Positions 15,439 through 24,611 of a stretch of 64,000 nt of DNA are shown piece by piece (position 1 is the stretch's first letter; each line of letters opens with the position of its first letter). The notes under the pieces are model-generated. The model had not been told where the DNA came from. It ran no database searches and saw nothing but the letters and a program-made list of their open reading frames with translations. Source of the stretch: Kiritimatiellia bacterium (GTDB lineage: Bacteria > Verrucomicrobiota > Kiritimatiellia > RFP12 > UBA1067); contig JAFQYM010000004.1 in NCBI GenBank assembly GCA_017406465.1, forward strand, positions 10,570 to 74,569, written 5' to 3'. The position numbers were made by a program, and so were the translations under genes.

Positions 15439-16668
15439 TCAATAATAGGTAATTACCAAATCAGCTGGACATCCTTCAAAGACCCCATAATACGAAGACA
15501 TACTCGATCGAAGTGCGGATGGAACATAGGCATGAGTTAAATTACTACAATCCTTAAACGCAAATGGCCCTATGGATTTCACGCTATCTGGTATCGTCAC
15601 ACTAGTAAGACCACTGCAACCAGAGAACGAAGAGCTTCCGATTCGCGTCACGCTATCTGGTATCGACACTCTCGTAAGTCCGCTACAACCAGAGAACGCA
15701 TTATTCCCGATGCTCGTTACGCTGTCAGGTATCGTCATGTTCGCAAGTCTGCTGCAACCGTAGAATGCCGAGTCGTCTATGTTAGTAACACCGCTCCCGA
15801 TAATCACGCTTGAAAGTCCTAAGCAACCATTGAATGCAGAATATCCAATATTTGCTACGCAGTTGCTGATCATCACGCTTATCAACCCGCTACAACCTGC
15901 AAACGCATATTGTCCGATGTTTGCTACGCAGTTACTGATTGTCACGCTTGTCAACCCGCTGCAACCCCCAAACGCATTATCTCCGATGTTCGTCACTCCG
16001 TTGCCTATTGTCACGCTATCCAGATTCGTGCAACCGTAGAACGCTAACTCTCCTATGCTCGTCACGCTGTCTGGAACCGCCAATGCGCCTGTCAACTCGC
16101 CACAAGAGCAGAATGCCCGATCCCCAATGCACATCAAGCCATTCGGCATCGTCACACTCATGAGCCTATCACAAGCACAAAACGCATAAGAACCAATATT
16201 TGTCACACTATTTGGGATATCCACAGCTGTAAGGTTTCTGCAACGTAAAAACACTCTGTCACCAATGTCTGCTATACCATCTGGGATCACTAAACCCGAA
16301 AGGCTCGAACAATCTTCAAATGCTGAATAGCCTATATTTGTGACGCAAGCTGGGATTAGCACACTCGTTAGATTTGTACATCCCAGGAAGGCGTCTGATC
16401 CAATACTAGTCACCGAAGCTGATATGTTTATGTTTGTAAGATTTCTGCAATTGCAGAAAGCATATGGCCCAATGGTCGTAATGGTATTTGGCATCGCAAT
16501 ACTTGTTAGGGTACTGTCACCACTAAACGCGTCCACAATGCCGACAACAGCATACCCATCTACTTTTGCAGGGATAAAAACGTCGCCCGATTCTCCTGCA
16601 CACCATGTTAGTACTGCACCATCATCTTGCAAAACATAATGACATTCATGCCATCTTGCATACAACAC
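15439..16668 (-). CDS. BspA-type leucine-rich-repeat segment, probably the frameshifted C-terminal part of the giant surface protein
   Basis: There are about 15 repeats of the type IPxSVTxIGxxAFxxCxxLTSV. The N-terminal LYARWHE completes the Flg_new repeat that is interrupted at the end of ORF 16608..22118. Confidence 0.8.
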   Translation of the reverse strand: MLYARWHECHYVLQDDGAVLTWCAGESGDVFIPAKVDGYAVVGIVDAFSGDSTLTSIAMPNTITTIGPYAFCNCRNLTNINISASVTSIGSDAFLGCTNLTSVLIPACVTNIGYSAFEDCSSLSGLVIPDGIADIGDRVFLRCRNLTAVDIPNSVTNIGSYAFCACDRLMSVTMPNGLMCIGDRAFCSCGELTGALAVPDSVTSIGELAFYGCTNLDSVTIGNGVTNIGDNAFGGCSGLTSVTISNCVANIGQYAFAGCSGLISVMISNCVANIGYSAFNGCLGLSSVIIGSGVTNIDDSAFYGCSRLANMTIPDSVTSIGNNAFSGCSGLTRVSIPDSVTRIGSSSFSGCSGLTSVTIPDSVKSIGPFAFKDCSNLTHAYVPSALRSSMSSYYGVFEGCPADLVITYY

Positions 16669-19600
16669 CTCGTAGCCTGATTAGTTTCGATGGTATGTTC
16701 ATCAACTGCAAAGCCATCATCTGTATACCAACCTATAAACGCATAGTCGTTGGCATAATAATCTGCTCGCGTTGGAATAGGTAACTCTCCATATGGAGAA
16801 CCATAGGGAACAACCTTGGTTTTAGGGGATACGATTCCTCTATCAACATTAGCATTAAATATAACAGTACATGTGGCAGCAGTCCAGTGAGCATAAACCG
16901 TTATATTTGTCAAAGCCGTAAAAGTTTCATCACTTAAAATTTTGTTCCCGCCTGTTGGAGATGTAAACCACCCTTGGAATATGTGTCCAACCAGTGTTGG
17001 AGTCGGTAGCGCCCCATACGCATATCCATAAGTTACGGTCTGCGACACTATCTCACAACTCCCGCCGTTAGGATCGAAAGTGATAGTGTATGTGTTGGGG
17101 ATCCAGTGGGCGTAGAGCGCGTGTGATGAATTGGTGGTGATGGTGGTTGAGCCAGTCACTTTCGTGCCGCCAGTCGCTTTCGTGTACCAGCCGTCAAAGG
17201 TATGACCTGTACGCGTCGGGGTTGGCAAGGAGCCATACTCGGCATCGCGGTCGACAAGGATTTCGTCAGATGCACCATTAAGACTTCCACCGCCGTTCAA
17301 GCTTAGCGACACGACAGGAACGTCGTCGTAGAAGTCTCGCATCGTCGCACGCAAGAAGAAAGACTCCGCATTTCCGTCTTTGGGTTCGGCTACTATCGTC
17401 GCCTTGCCATCGTTTGGTGCACCAAACGAAAATGTCACATTATCGGAAGAGAAGTCATTGCGGTCAAGTGCTGAAGCACCTTCAATGCCAAATATCTTGG
17501 CAAGATTGGCTGCTGTTGCGTTATCACCAATGTCTACGCCATTGAGTCCGAGTTCGAACAGAAAACCACCTGCCGAGTATGGCGTAAACAAATCAATCGA
17601 CAAATCGTCCTTCCTGAATCGCTTGTCTATAAGCACGCTCGAGTCAAGCGCATACGAAAGCCACGACTTGTGCGCATCTTTGGCAGCTTGATGTTCAAAG
17701 CCTTTTCTATTCACCCAGTCGCGATAGGCATTGTACTCCGTCTTGCTAGTGATGTTCTCAGCAAGGTTGGCATCTACGGAACCTTCGAGGGCTTCGTCAA
17801 CTTCTGAATCTGTGTCGATACGCGGCAACGGGTCTGGCGGACCAGGCGTCCACTGTACCTCATCAATCCAAACGGAGTCCTCGTTCTCATGTCCATGGAA
17901 CGCCCCCTTTGTATAGCGCCAAACGATATCATGGAAATCGTATGTCGTTATCTCATGGACGATATTCGTCCAGTCGGTTTGTCCGGACAACTCGGCTACA
18001 AGCAATCCATCCACAATCAACTGGAATGCAGCATCAGATGCGCTTTCAGCCGTTGAAGTCCGTGCCCAGAAAGACAACGTTCCCACTCCATCAACCTCAG
18101 TCATGAGATCGCTTGTCTGATTGGCTTGAATCATGCCAGCTTTCACGGAGAACGTCTGGTCATGTGCGCGCCACGGATCGACTTGCCAAGATGTATTGCC
18201 GCCAGAAATGTAGGTTAATGAGTTATCGCCTATCGCCTCATTAACTGAAATCGGTTCGCGAACATAAAAAGTTTCATCCGCCCCCAGCAAGCCAGAGCCG
18301 TTCTCGCTATAACGGGCATAAACTCGCACTTCACCTGAAGTAGAGCCTATAGTTAGAAATCCGTCTTCGTCGAGTGTTGCATCGCCCTCGACAAACGCCG
18401 TCGGCAACACCCTTTTGGTCGTTCCATCCGCGTATGTGACGGTAAACACGACTTCAACAGTCCAGCCGGGACAAATCAAATCCTGAGAAACCTCAATTTC
18501 CAAGTTCACAGGCTTTGCTTTGATTTCAATCTCCCGCTCGGCTGTCCACTCCTTGCCATCCACCATACATGATGCGAATACCACTACACTCCCCGCGGAG
18601 TTTCCGGCTGTAACTGAACCTTGGGCATCAACCTCAGCTACCGCCGAATCAGAAATATTCCATGATACAGATTCCGCAGGAACGGAAGTGCCGTCGGAAT
18701 ATAGCAACTGCGCCGAATAGTTAGCGGTATCGCTCGCAAACATTGAGTCATCACCCACGATTTCAAACCCCGTCAAGACAGGTGCACACTTCTGCGTTAT
18801 AAAGCACACTTCACCGGCTATGATGATGCGTCCGACACGATCCTTACCTGTGTCGTTTTCGTCAAGCGTGTACGTCACGGCACCACTGCCAACGCCGCTA
18901 TCACAACCTTCCGCTATCGTAATCCAATCCGAATCAGATACCGCCTCCCAATATTCAATGCCATACCCTGTTGTCACCTGAATTGAACCGCCGGCAGTAT
19001 TCCACTTTGAAGTAACGGCATACGACTCGATCTCTGGGACATAATCACGCTGCACTACATAGAACTTCTGTCCTGACACGGTAATCACACCGACACGGGC
19101 AGACAGGGAGACACCCTGTCCCATTTCATCGACATCAAACTCCATGTCCATGCTTCCATATCCGTCTTCGTCGATTACATACATCCAGTCGTCTGGATAA
19201 TCCTCGACAATCCAATGCGTTTCATCATCGTCTGCGTCAATCGGAACATACATCGTTTCACCATCGTAGTCTGCAACGATCACATCATAAGGAACGGTAA
19301 TTCCGGCTCGGCGCTGATGAATTGTCACGGGAATGCCTCCAATGACGATCACGCCAGTCCTGTCGCTTGTCTCAGGATTTTTGGCAATGGTCAAAGTAAT
19401 CTCAGCGGGACCCGTTCCTGACGAAGGACTCGGCGTAATCCAGTCCACCTGTGACTCTGCCGTCCATGCGATATTTGGCGCCGGCAGTGACAGAGAAACG
19501 GTCTTTGAAGTGCGCTTTGAAGAATATTCAATGGTCGTGTCGGAAAGTGTTGCCGGAGCGATCCCTTGAGTAATCATCAATGTGCGTTTCAGTGGTTTTT

Positions 19601-22118
19601 CAATGTTGTAGATCTCGTTGATCTGATCCGTCGTTAGGCACGATGTAAATGTCTTGATGTCGTCAAAGACAATCTTACCACCATTGCCGTATGCGCACCA
19701 GGAATCAAGGCAGAAATAATCATACCCACCGGCAAGAGCCATCGTGCCGATGTCCTCGCCGTCAAGGTACATCGTCATTTTTGAACCGTTCGAAGTGACG
19801 GTCAACATGTGCCATTTACCCTGCTTCAACTTGTCGCCGCCAAAGTCGGCGGATTTGATGGAGTTCTCAACAAAACTGAAGCCGTTGGAGGAGACTTGCA
19901 ATAGGTAGGCCTCGTTTCCTTTGTCAAGTTGTGCCGCATCATAACTGGAATAGGGAGATCGCGTTCTCCTCACGGCCTTTGTGCGTAAAGCATAAAACAA
20001 TGGCGTTGGAACATCTGCCAAACCATCACTCTTTATCCAGAAATTCCACGAACACTTATTGCTCAAAAATACATCATTCACATTGATTCCCCACGACCAT
20101 ACTGCTGTCAGGTAATAGTAATTATCCCATTTTTTATATAAGGATTCTTTCGTGGAGCCAATGTCGGAAACGAGTTCTACTTTTTTTTCGTCGGCAGCTG
20201 CATGATAATCCGCATCCGTGTAAACTCCACTTTTATATCTGGCATATTCGAAATACGCCACAACACCAAGCTGATGAAGAGGCTGTATTTTACTCCCCGA
20301 TAGTCCGCTATGGTTAAGCCTCTCACGCCCTACTGTCACGATAACGTTTGATGCCGACAACATCTCTTCTGTTCCATCTGCCTTTCGCACGCGGAAACGA
20401 TCCATCGGTGCGTGGCTATAAAGCGTTGAATACACATCGCCTGAAACAGGTGGTATACGTGGCGCTTCTGATGGAAAGTTCAGCAATTCGGTTTCTGTCA
20501 ACGGACGGTTCCAGAAGTAATACGCCTGCGTCGAGGCATCGCCCTTGACAAGCCAGTCTTCGGACGGCTTAGTAGTGTGCTTGTAATTTGTGATGCGCAG
20601 CGAACAATTGTCCGTGTAAAGATGCCGATAGACGCCGCTGTCGTGAATGCCGCCGAAAAACGATGTCGTTGTCGGCGTCGTCACAAGGAAGAGATCGTAT
20701 GTGACATTGGTCGCAACGGAGAATCCGAGATCAACGATGTTGCCGTCGGGAGCATCATATACAAGACGGTTCTGGAATTCCTGGACGTAGAGCGATGCCG
20801 CGCCATTGTTTAAGTCGAAAAGGCGATTAAGTGCATTCGTTTCAGTTACACGAAACCAAACACCTTCCGTGCAACCCTGAACGTCGGCATCTCGCACGGA
20901 CGGATCATTGAAAGCCGTCCACTTAAGCCAATTCTCATTTTTCCATTGCGTCAATCCTCGCGCCATGTCGATTTCCGGATATGGGACCCATGCCTCGACT
21001 TCAATCTCGGCAGTGCGCTCCTGCAGGGTCGGGTTCGCGCTCACAACATATCTCACGTTCCCCGAACCGGCGCCAGAACTACCAGATGTGATCCTTACCC
21101 ACGGCATGGAACTTTTGGCCGTCCAAGACATGTCTTGCGAGGCCGTTACGGAAACATTCGAAATAGCCCCACCATAGGAAAATGTAGAAACCTGCGGATT
21201 AAGCGCCAGCTCGAAGTCGGTCGTTCCTCGTTGTATGACCGCCAGTTCGGCATTGTTTACGGTTATCTTGCCAGACCGCGACAAGACGCTCCGGTTCTCA
21301 GGCAACGACACGTGCATGACGCTACTGCCTGTTCCTGTCTTTGAAGTCGTAATCACGATCCACTCCGCATCTGACGCAGCAGTCCAATTGACATCCTCGC
21401 CCGCAACCAGCGACACATCAAATTCCTTTGCAGGGCATGGCCAAGTTATCGCAGTCTCTGGAACAAGCCAAACCTTGTTGGCGTCAGGATCGACCACTTC
21501 CGCCCCGCTTTGCGTGAGCAAGATTTGCTGTCCGGCAATTGTCAATGTAGCAATGCGCTCAGATTCGGAAGTATTCTCGTCCACGCTGTAGTAAACCGTA
21601 CTGTCGCCATCGCCCCTTGTTGGCCTGACGGTAACCCAGTCAGAATCGGATGAGGCAGTCCATGCGATCTCTTTCGCGCCATCCGTTGCAGGCTCTATTG
21701 AGAATGATATCTGCCCTTCTGCGATTGTTCCTGAAGCGGGGATGGAGACATTGCCTGATGGGGATAGCGTTGCCCCATATCCCAGCTGCGTAACAGTATA
21801 TGTCAACCCATTGATGTAGATATGCCCTATCCGAGTATCGGTAGAGTAATTGTGAAGAACCTTATAGGTTGCTGGCCTTGAACAATCAGTCCACTGCTTG
21901 CGGCGAAGATTTATCCACCCACCATCAGCGGAAGGAACGTCAGTCGTGGCCGTCCAAGCCTCATCACCAGATAGCTGTATCTCAAAAACCGCTGCCGTAT
22001 CATCATTTTGAACTATGCGTGCCCCAGTTTCCCCATCGGCAAAATCAAATGCGGCAAGCGCATGCGAAGAAGCAAAGCTCATCAAACAGAGCGACAATAC
22101 GGCAAGCGGTCTTCTCAT
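16608..22118 (-). CDS. Giant secreted surface/adhesin-like protein (BACON-like, LamG, Big_2 and Flg_new domains); N-terminal part of a frameshifted gene
   Basis: 1836 aa with the signal peptide MRRPLAVLSLCLMSFASSHALA. It has repeated W..(S/T)D..W(I/V)... G.G ...V.QxG BACON-like modules, LamG-type modules (KWHMLTVTSNGSKMTMYLDG) and Big_2-like modules. It also has three LPTPTR.GH.F.GW(Y/F)T...YAHW repeats. Confidence 0.85.
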   Translation of the reverse strand: MRRPLAVLSLCLMSFASSHALAAFDFADGETGARIVQNDDTAAVFEIQLSGDEAWTATTDVPSADGGWINLRRKQWTDCSRPATYKVLHNYSTDTRIGHIYINGLTYTVTQLGYGATLSPSGNVSIPASGTIAEGQISFSIEPATDGAKEIAWTASSDSDWVTVRPTRGDGDSTVYYSVDENTSESERIATLTIAGQQILLTQSGAEVVDPDANKVWLVPETAITWPCPAKEFDVSLVAGEDVNWTAASDAEWIVITTSKTGTGSSVMHVSLPENRSVLSRSGKITVNNAELAVIQRGTTDFELALNPQVSTFSYGGAISNVSVTASQDMSWTAKSSMPWVRITSGSSGAGSGNVRYVVSANPTLQERTAEIEVEAWVPYPEIDMARGLTQWKNENWLKWTAFNDPSVRDADVQGCTEGVWFRVTETNALNRLFDLNNGAASLYVQEFQNRLVYDAPDGNIVDLGFSVATNVTYDLFLVTTPTTTSFFGGIHDSGVYRHLYTDNCSLRITNYKHTTKPSEDWLVKGDASTQAYYFWNRPLTETELLNFPSEAPRIPPVSGDVYSTLYSHAPMDRFRVRKADGTEEMLSASNVIVTVGRERLNHSGLSGSKIQPLHQLGVVAYFEYARYKSGVYTDADYHAAADEKKVELVSDIGSTKESLYKKWDNYYYLTAVWSWGINVNDVFLSNKCSWNFWIKSDGLADVPTPLFYALRTKAVRRTRSPYSSYDAAQLDKGNEAYLLQVSSNGFSFVENSIKSADFGGDKLKQGKWHMLTVTSNGSKMTMYLDGEDIGTMALAGGYDYFCLDSWCAYGNGGKIVFDDIKTFTSCLTTDQINEIYNIEKPLKRTLMITQGIAPATLSDTTIEYSSKRTSKTVSLSLPAPNIAWTAESQVDWITPSPSSGTGPAEITLTIAKNPETSDRTGVIVIGGIPVTIHQRRAGITVPYDVIVADYDGETMYVPIDADDDETHWIVEDYPDDWMYVIDEDGYGSMDMEFDVDEMGQGVSLSARVGVITVSGQKFYVVQRDYVPEIESYAVTSKWNTAGGSIQVTTGYGIEYWEAVSDSDWITIAEGCDSGVGSGAVTYTLDENDTGKDRVGRIIIAGEVCFITQKCAPVLTGFEIVGDDSMFASDTANYSAQLLYSDGTSVPAESVSWNISDSAVAEVDAQGSVTAGNSAGSVVVFASCMVDGKEWTAEREIEIKAKPVNLEIEVSQDLICPGWTVEVVFTVTYADGTTKRVLPTAFVEGDATLDEDGFLTIGSTSGEVRVYARYSENGSGLLGADETFYVREPISVNEAIGDNSLTYISGGNTSWQVDPWRAHDQTFSVKAGMIQANQTSDLMTEVDGVGTLSFWARTSTAESASDAAFQLIVDGLLVAELSGQTDWTNIVHEITTYDFHDIVWRYTKGAFHGHENEDSVWIDEVQWTPGPPDPLPRIDTDSEVDEALEGSVDANLAENITSKTEYNAYRDWVNRKGFEHQAAKDAHKSWLSYALDSSVLIDKRFRKDDLSIDLFTPYSAGGFLFELGLNGVDIGDNATAANLAKIFGIEGASALDRNDFSSDNVTFSFGAPNDGKATIVAEPKDGNAESFFLRATMRDFYDDVPVVSLSLNGGGSLNGASDEILVDRDAEYGSLPTPTRTGHTFDGWYTKATGGTKVTGSTTITTNSSHALYAHWIPNTYTITFDPNGGSCEIVSQTVTYGYAYGALPTPTLVGHIFQGWFTSPTGGNKILSDETFTALTNITVYAHWTAATCTVIFNANVDRGIVSPKTKVVPYGSPYGELPIPTRADYYANDYAFIGWYTDDGFAVDEHTIETNQATRCCMQDGMNVIMFCKMMVQY

Positions 22119-22154
22119 TGCATTTCTCCTTAATTATGGCGCGATCACCCGCGA

Positions 22155-23642
22155 TCACTTCCCCTTCCCGAACTCCGGCACCTTCTCATGGCCTTCGTTG
22201 AGGGAGGTGATGATTTCGGCGTGGGAGAGGGCGCGGGTGTAGACGCGGACTTCATTGTAGGTCGGGGCGACAAATCCGCCTAGGATGAGCATCGGTGGCT
22301 TCTTCCACGCAGACTTGCTTGTGCGTTCGCCGAAGCAGGTGTCGTCCTGGTAGAACTTGAGCAACATGCCCCCGCCGTTCTTCTCACCCGTAATGGTGTA
22401 GAGGTGGATTTTCCCGTCAACAAGCAGTTTCCCGTGGCCTACGGCCTTGCCTTCGCCAAACGCACAAATCATCGACACCCACTTGGTTTTCGCCCTCCAT
22501 GTCCAGAATACGCTGTCATCCTTGCTGTCGGGTTTGGACGCGATCTTGAAGATGTAATCGTCCTCCGAGCCAAGGCCCTTGTCCGTAGCAGAAGCCCAGA
22601 CCTGGACTGTGAACGGGGCGAGCGGGACGGTTCCGGCAGGGAACTCCAGCGGCGAGCCGGACTGAAGCGCAACAACGCCGTTCTCCGCCTTGGCATTGCC
22701 GTATTTGGACGGCGCGACGTTTCCGATTGAATCGGCGAAGCCGTTCGTGAAGGACCAGCGATGGACGATGCCAGAGGAATTCGGGGCGCTCGGTGATCGC
22801 CCCCTACCGGTGTCGGACGACGCGACGGGGCCGTCCTGCGATGGCGAAGGCACCGTCGCTACATCTGGCATGGAAAGCGTTGCGAGGCGCTGTTCGACAA
22901 GCCTGCGCTTGAGCCCGTCAAGCTTGCCGTCGGCTATCGCCTTACGGTAGTAGTTGGCTGCGCGCTCGCGGAAGGCCGGCTCACCACCAGTGTAACTCGT
23001 CTTGTAGTCCCACCAGAAGTCGCCAAGTTCTGCGGTACCCGCCGTGCCGTCTGCATCACCCTTTGCCAGCCGTCCGACTTCTCCGCTCACCTTCGAGAAC
23101 TCGGCAAGAGCACCCTTCCAATCCCCCAGAAGCGCCAGTGTCTCAGCATACTGACGCAGAACAGGATCTGTCTTTACCTGTCTGAGTTGGGACAAAAGCT
23201 TGCGAGAATCCTTGGCGGCCCTTACCTGCGCCTGCGCAAGCTGAAGCTGGGAGTTGAGACGCGGTGCCTTGCGCGCGTTTTCCTTACTCAGCGCCGATGA
23301 AATAATATCGGCGATGTCGGACGGAGGGACGCCCTTGATATTTGTTTTTATCTGCTCGATCGTGTCAGCAGCCTTGCCGAAGTTGCCATCCTTGATGTAG
23401 TAGCCCACAGCACCGCGAAGAAAGAGATATTTCACCGCCTCGCCTTTTGCAGATTCCGAAAACTGAATCGACGCTTCGGCGACTTCTGCAGCAGTTTTTG
23501 TCTTGTTCTTGTATTCCGTCAGGACAGGATTCATTAGTTCTGCAACAAGCGGTCTTGCCTCGGCAAGTTCCGGTTTGGTGGGATATGCAATGGCAACCCC
23601 GGTGATGAGTGAAGCGAACGCCGCGAAACCTATCTTCTTCAT
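22155..23642 (-). CDS. Secreted protein with a helical N-terminal domain and a C-terminal LamG-like jelly-roll (Laminin_G_3-type)
   Basis: 495 aa with a signal peptide. The C-terminus reads IVHRWSFTNGFADSIGN...NEVRVYTRALSHAEI. AAAGGAAAG RBS. Confidence 0.8.
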   Translation of the reverse strand: MKKIGFAAFASLITGVAIAYPTKPELAEARPLVAELMNPVLTEYKNKTKTAAEVAEASIQFSESAKGEAVKYLFLRGAVGYYIKDGNFGKAADTIEQIKTNIKGVPPSDIADIISSALSKENARKAPRLNSQLQLAQAQVRAAKDSRKLLSQLRQVKTDPVLRQYAETLALLGDWKGALAEFSKVSGEVGRLAKGDADGTAGTAELGDFWWDYKTSYTGGEPAFRERAANYYRKAIADGKLDGLKRRLVEQRLATLSMPDVATVPSPSQDGPVASSDTGRGRSPSAPNSSGIVHRWSFTNGFADSIGNVAPSKYGNAKAENGVVALQSGSPLEFPAGTVPLAPFTVQVWASATDKGLGSEDDYIFKIASKPDSKDDSVFWTWRAKTKWVSMICAFGEGKAVGHGKLLVDGKIHLYTITGEKNGGGMLLKFYQDDTCFGERTSKSAWKKPPMLILGGFVAPTYNEVRVYTRALSHAEIITSLNEGHEKVPEFGKGK

Positions 23643-23869
23643 CAGATTCTTTCCTTTCTTTACCTTCTACAGTTTGACCGCGACGGCGTCCAAAAGAAAG
23701 ACGCCCCCGCGCGCGTACCGCAGAGGCGACTGGTATGCCCGAAAGGAAACGCGACGCGGGGACGAAATCGACATAGTGCGCCCAGAGGACGCACCAAGAC
23801 AATCTGTCTTTGCGTTGTGCCTTCCTTCCAGATGATTACCAGTCTTCCTGCGGATCGGCAACTGACAGT

Positions 23870-23878
23870 ATTATAGCA
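23870..23878 (-). promoter_or_regulatory. Extended -10 element TGCTATAAT, about 225 nt upstream of the LamG gene
   Basis: Perfect consensus 9-mer in the intergenic region after the sigma-factor gene. Confidence 0.5.
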
Positions 23879-24002
23879 AAATTCACCGCTTGTGCGCGGA
23901 GAAAGTTCGCTTTTCGCCGCCAGCCGCCCCTTTCGGACAACCAGTCACCACATTATCACACGCAGAGGCGACGGGTGAATGACAGCGGAAAATTAAAAAA
24001 TA

Positions 24003-24611
24003 TCAAAACTCTGCCTCTATGGCGGCGATCATGCGCTCGACGCGTGTCTTTATCTGCGAGACGGAGTTGCGCGAGATGTTGAATTCGGCGGCGACTTCGC
24101 CTATCGGGCGCTCGTCTATGACGTAAGCCTGGTAAACAGCCTTCGACTGCGCCGAAAGCGCCGTCTTGGTAAGCGCCCATTCAACCGCCGCCCTGCGCCG
24201 CGCAAGCCGCCATTTCACGTCCACAATCGCCGCAGCATCTGAATCGACAGACGCCTCCACTCCCGAACCGGGATCGTCGAGCGAAACACTCGCCCCCTCT
24301 CCGCGGGACTGGCGCTTGCGCCATCGGCTGACGAGTTCATTGCGGACAAGCGTAGCGAGATACCGGCGGAACTTCCCCGCATCTCCGCCGACTTTCACGC
24401 GGCCGTCGCGAAGCACCTCCACGAGCCGCATGAAAATCTCCTGCACGACGTCTTCGCTCTCGTCTTCGCTTCCGCGCTCCTCGGCAAACGCCCTGATCGC
24501 CGGTGCATACAGCTCGAAGAGCCGCGTCCAACCGGCTTCGTCGCGAATGCCGGTCCTGTCCGATGCGAGACGGACAAGCAGTGAAACTGGAGTATCGGGA
24601 AAGTTCGCCAT
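24003..24611 (-). CDS. ECF-type RNA polymerase sigma factor
   Basis: I prefer the start MANFPDTP at 24609-24611, which overlaps the kinase stop (TAATG). The sigma-2 region is DVVQEIFMRLV. The sigma-4 HTH is IGEVAAEFNISRNSVSQIKTRV. Confidence 0.85.
   Translation of the reverse strand: MANFPDTPVSLLVRLASDRTGIRDEAGWTRLFELYAPAIRAFAEERGSEDESEDVVQEIFMRLVEVLRDGRVKVGGDAGKFRRYLATLVRNELVSRWRKRQSRGEGASVSLDDPGSGVEASVDSDAAAIVDVKWRLARRRAAVEWALTKTALSAQSKAVYQAYVIDERPIGEVAAEFNISRNSVSQIKTRVERMIAAIEAEF

Larger units (their letters stand above)
13995..22135. other. Lower-GC genomic island with no integrase, transposase or flanking tRNA visible
   Basis: Base composition changes visibly at about 13,995-14,011 and about 22,120-22,155. 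The AT-richest part is 14.0-15.45 kb. Boundaries were estimated by eye only. Confidence 0.6.

Noticed and set aside
22136-22158. Possible att-like direct repeats flanking the low-GC island: CCCGCGATCAC at the right edge and CCCGCGACAT at the left edge (13985-13994).
   Set aside because: - The shared core is only 7 nt (CCCGCGA), which is not significant in a GC-rich genome.
- No integrase is present to support site-specific insertion.
13773-23642. Searched the C-termini of all large or secreted proteins near the exosortase for PEP-CTERM sorting signals.
   Set aside because: None ends with a PEP motif followed by a hydrophobic helix and a basic tail, so no exosortase substrate can be claimed in this window.
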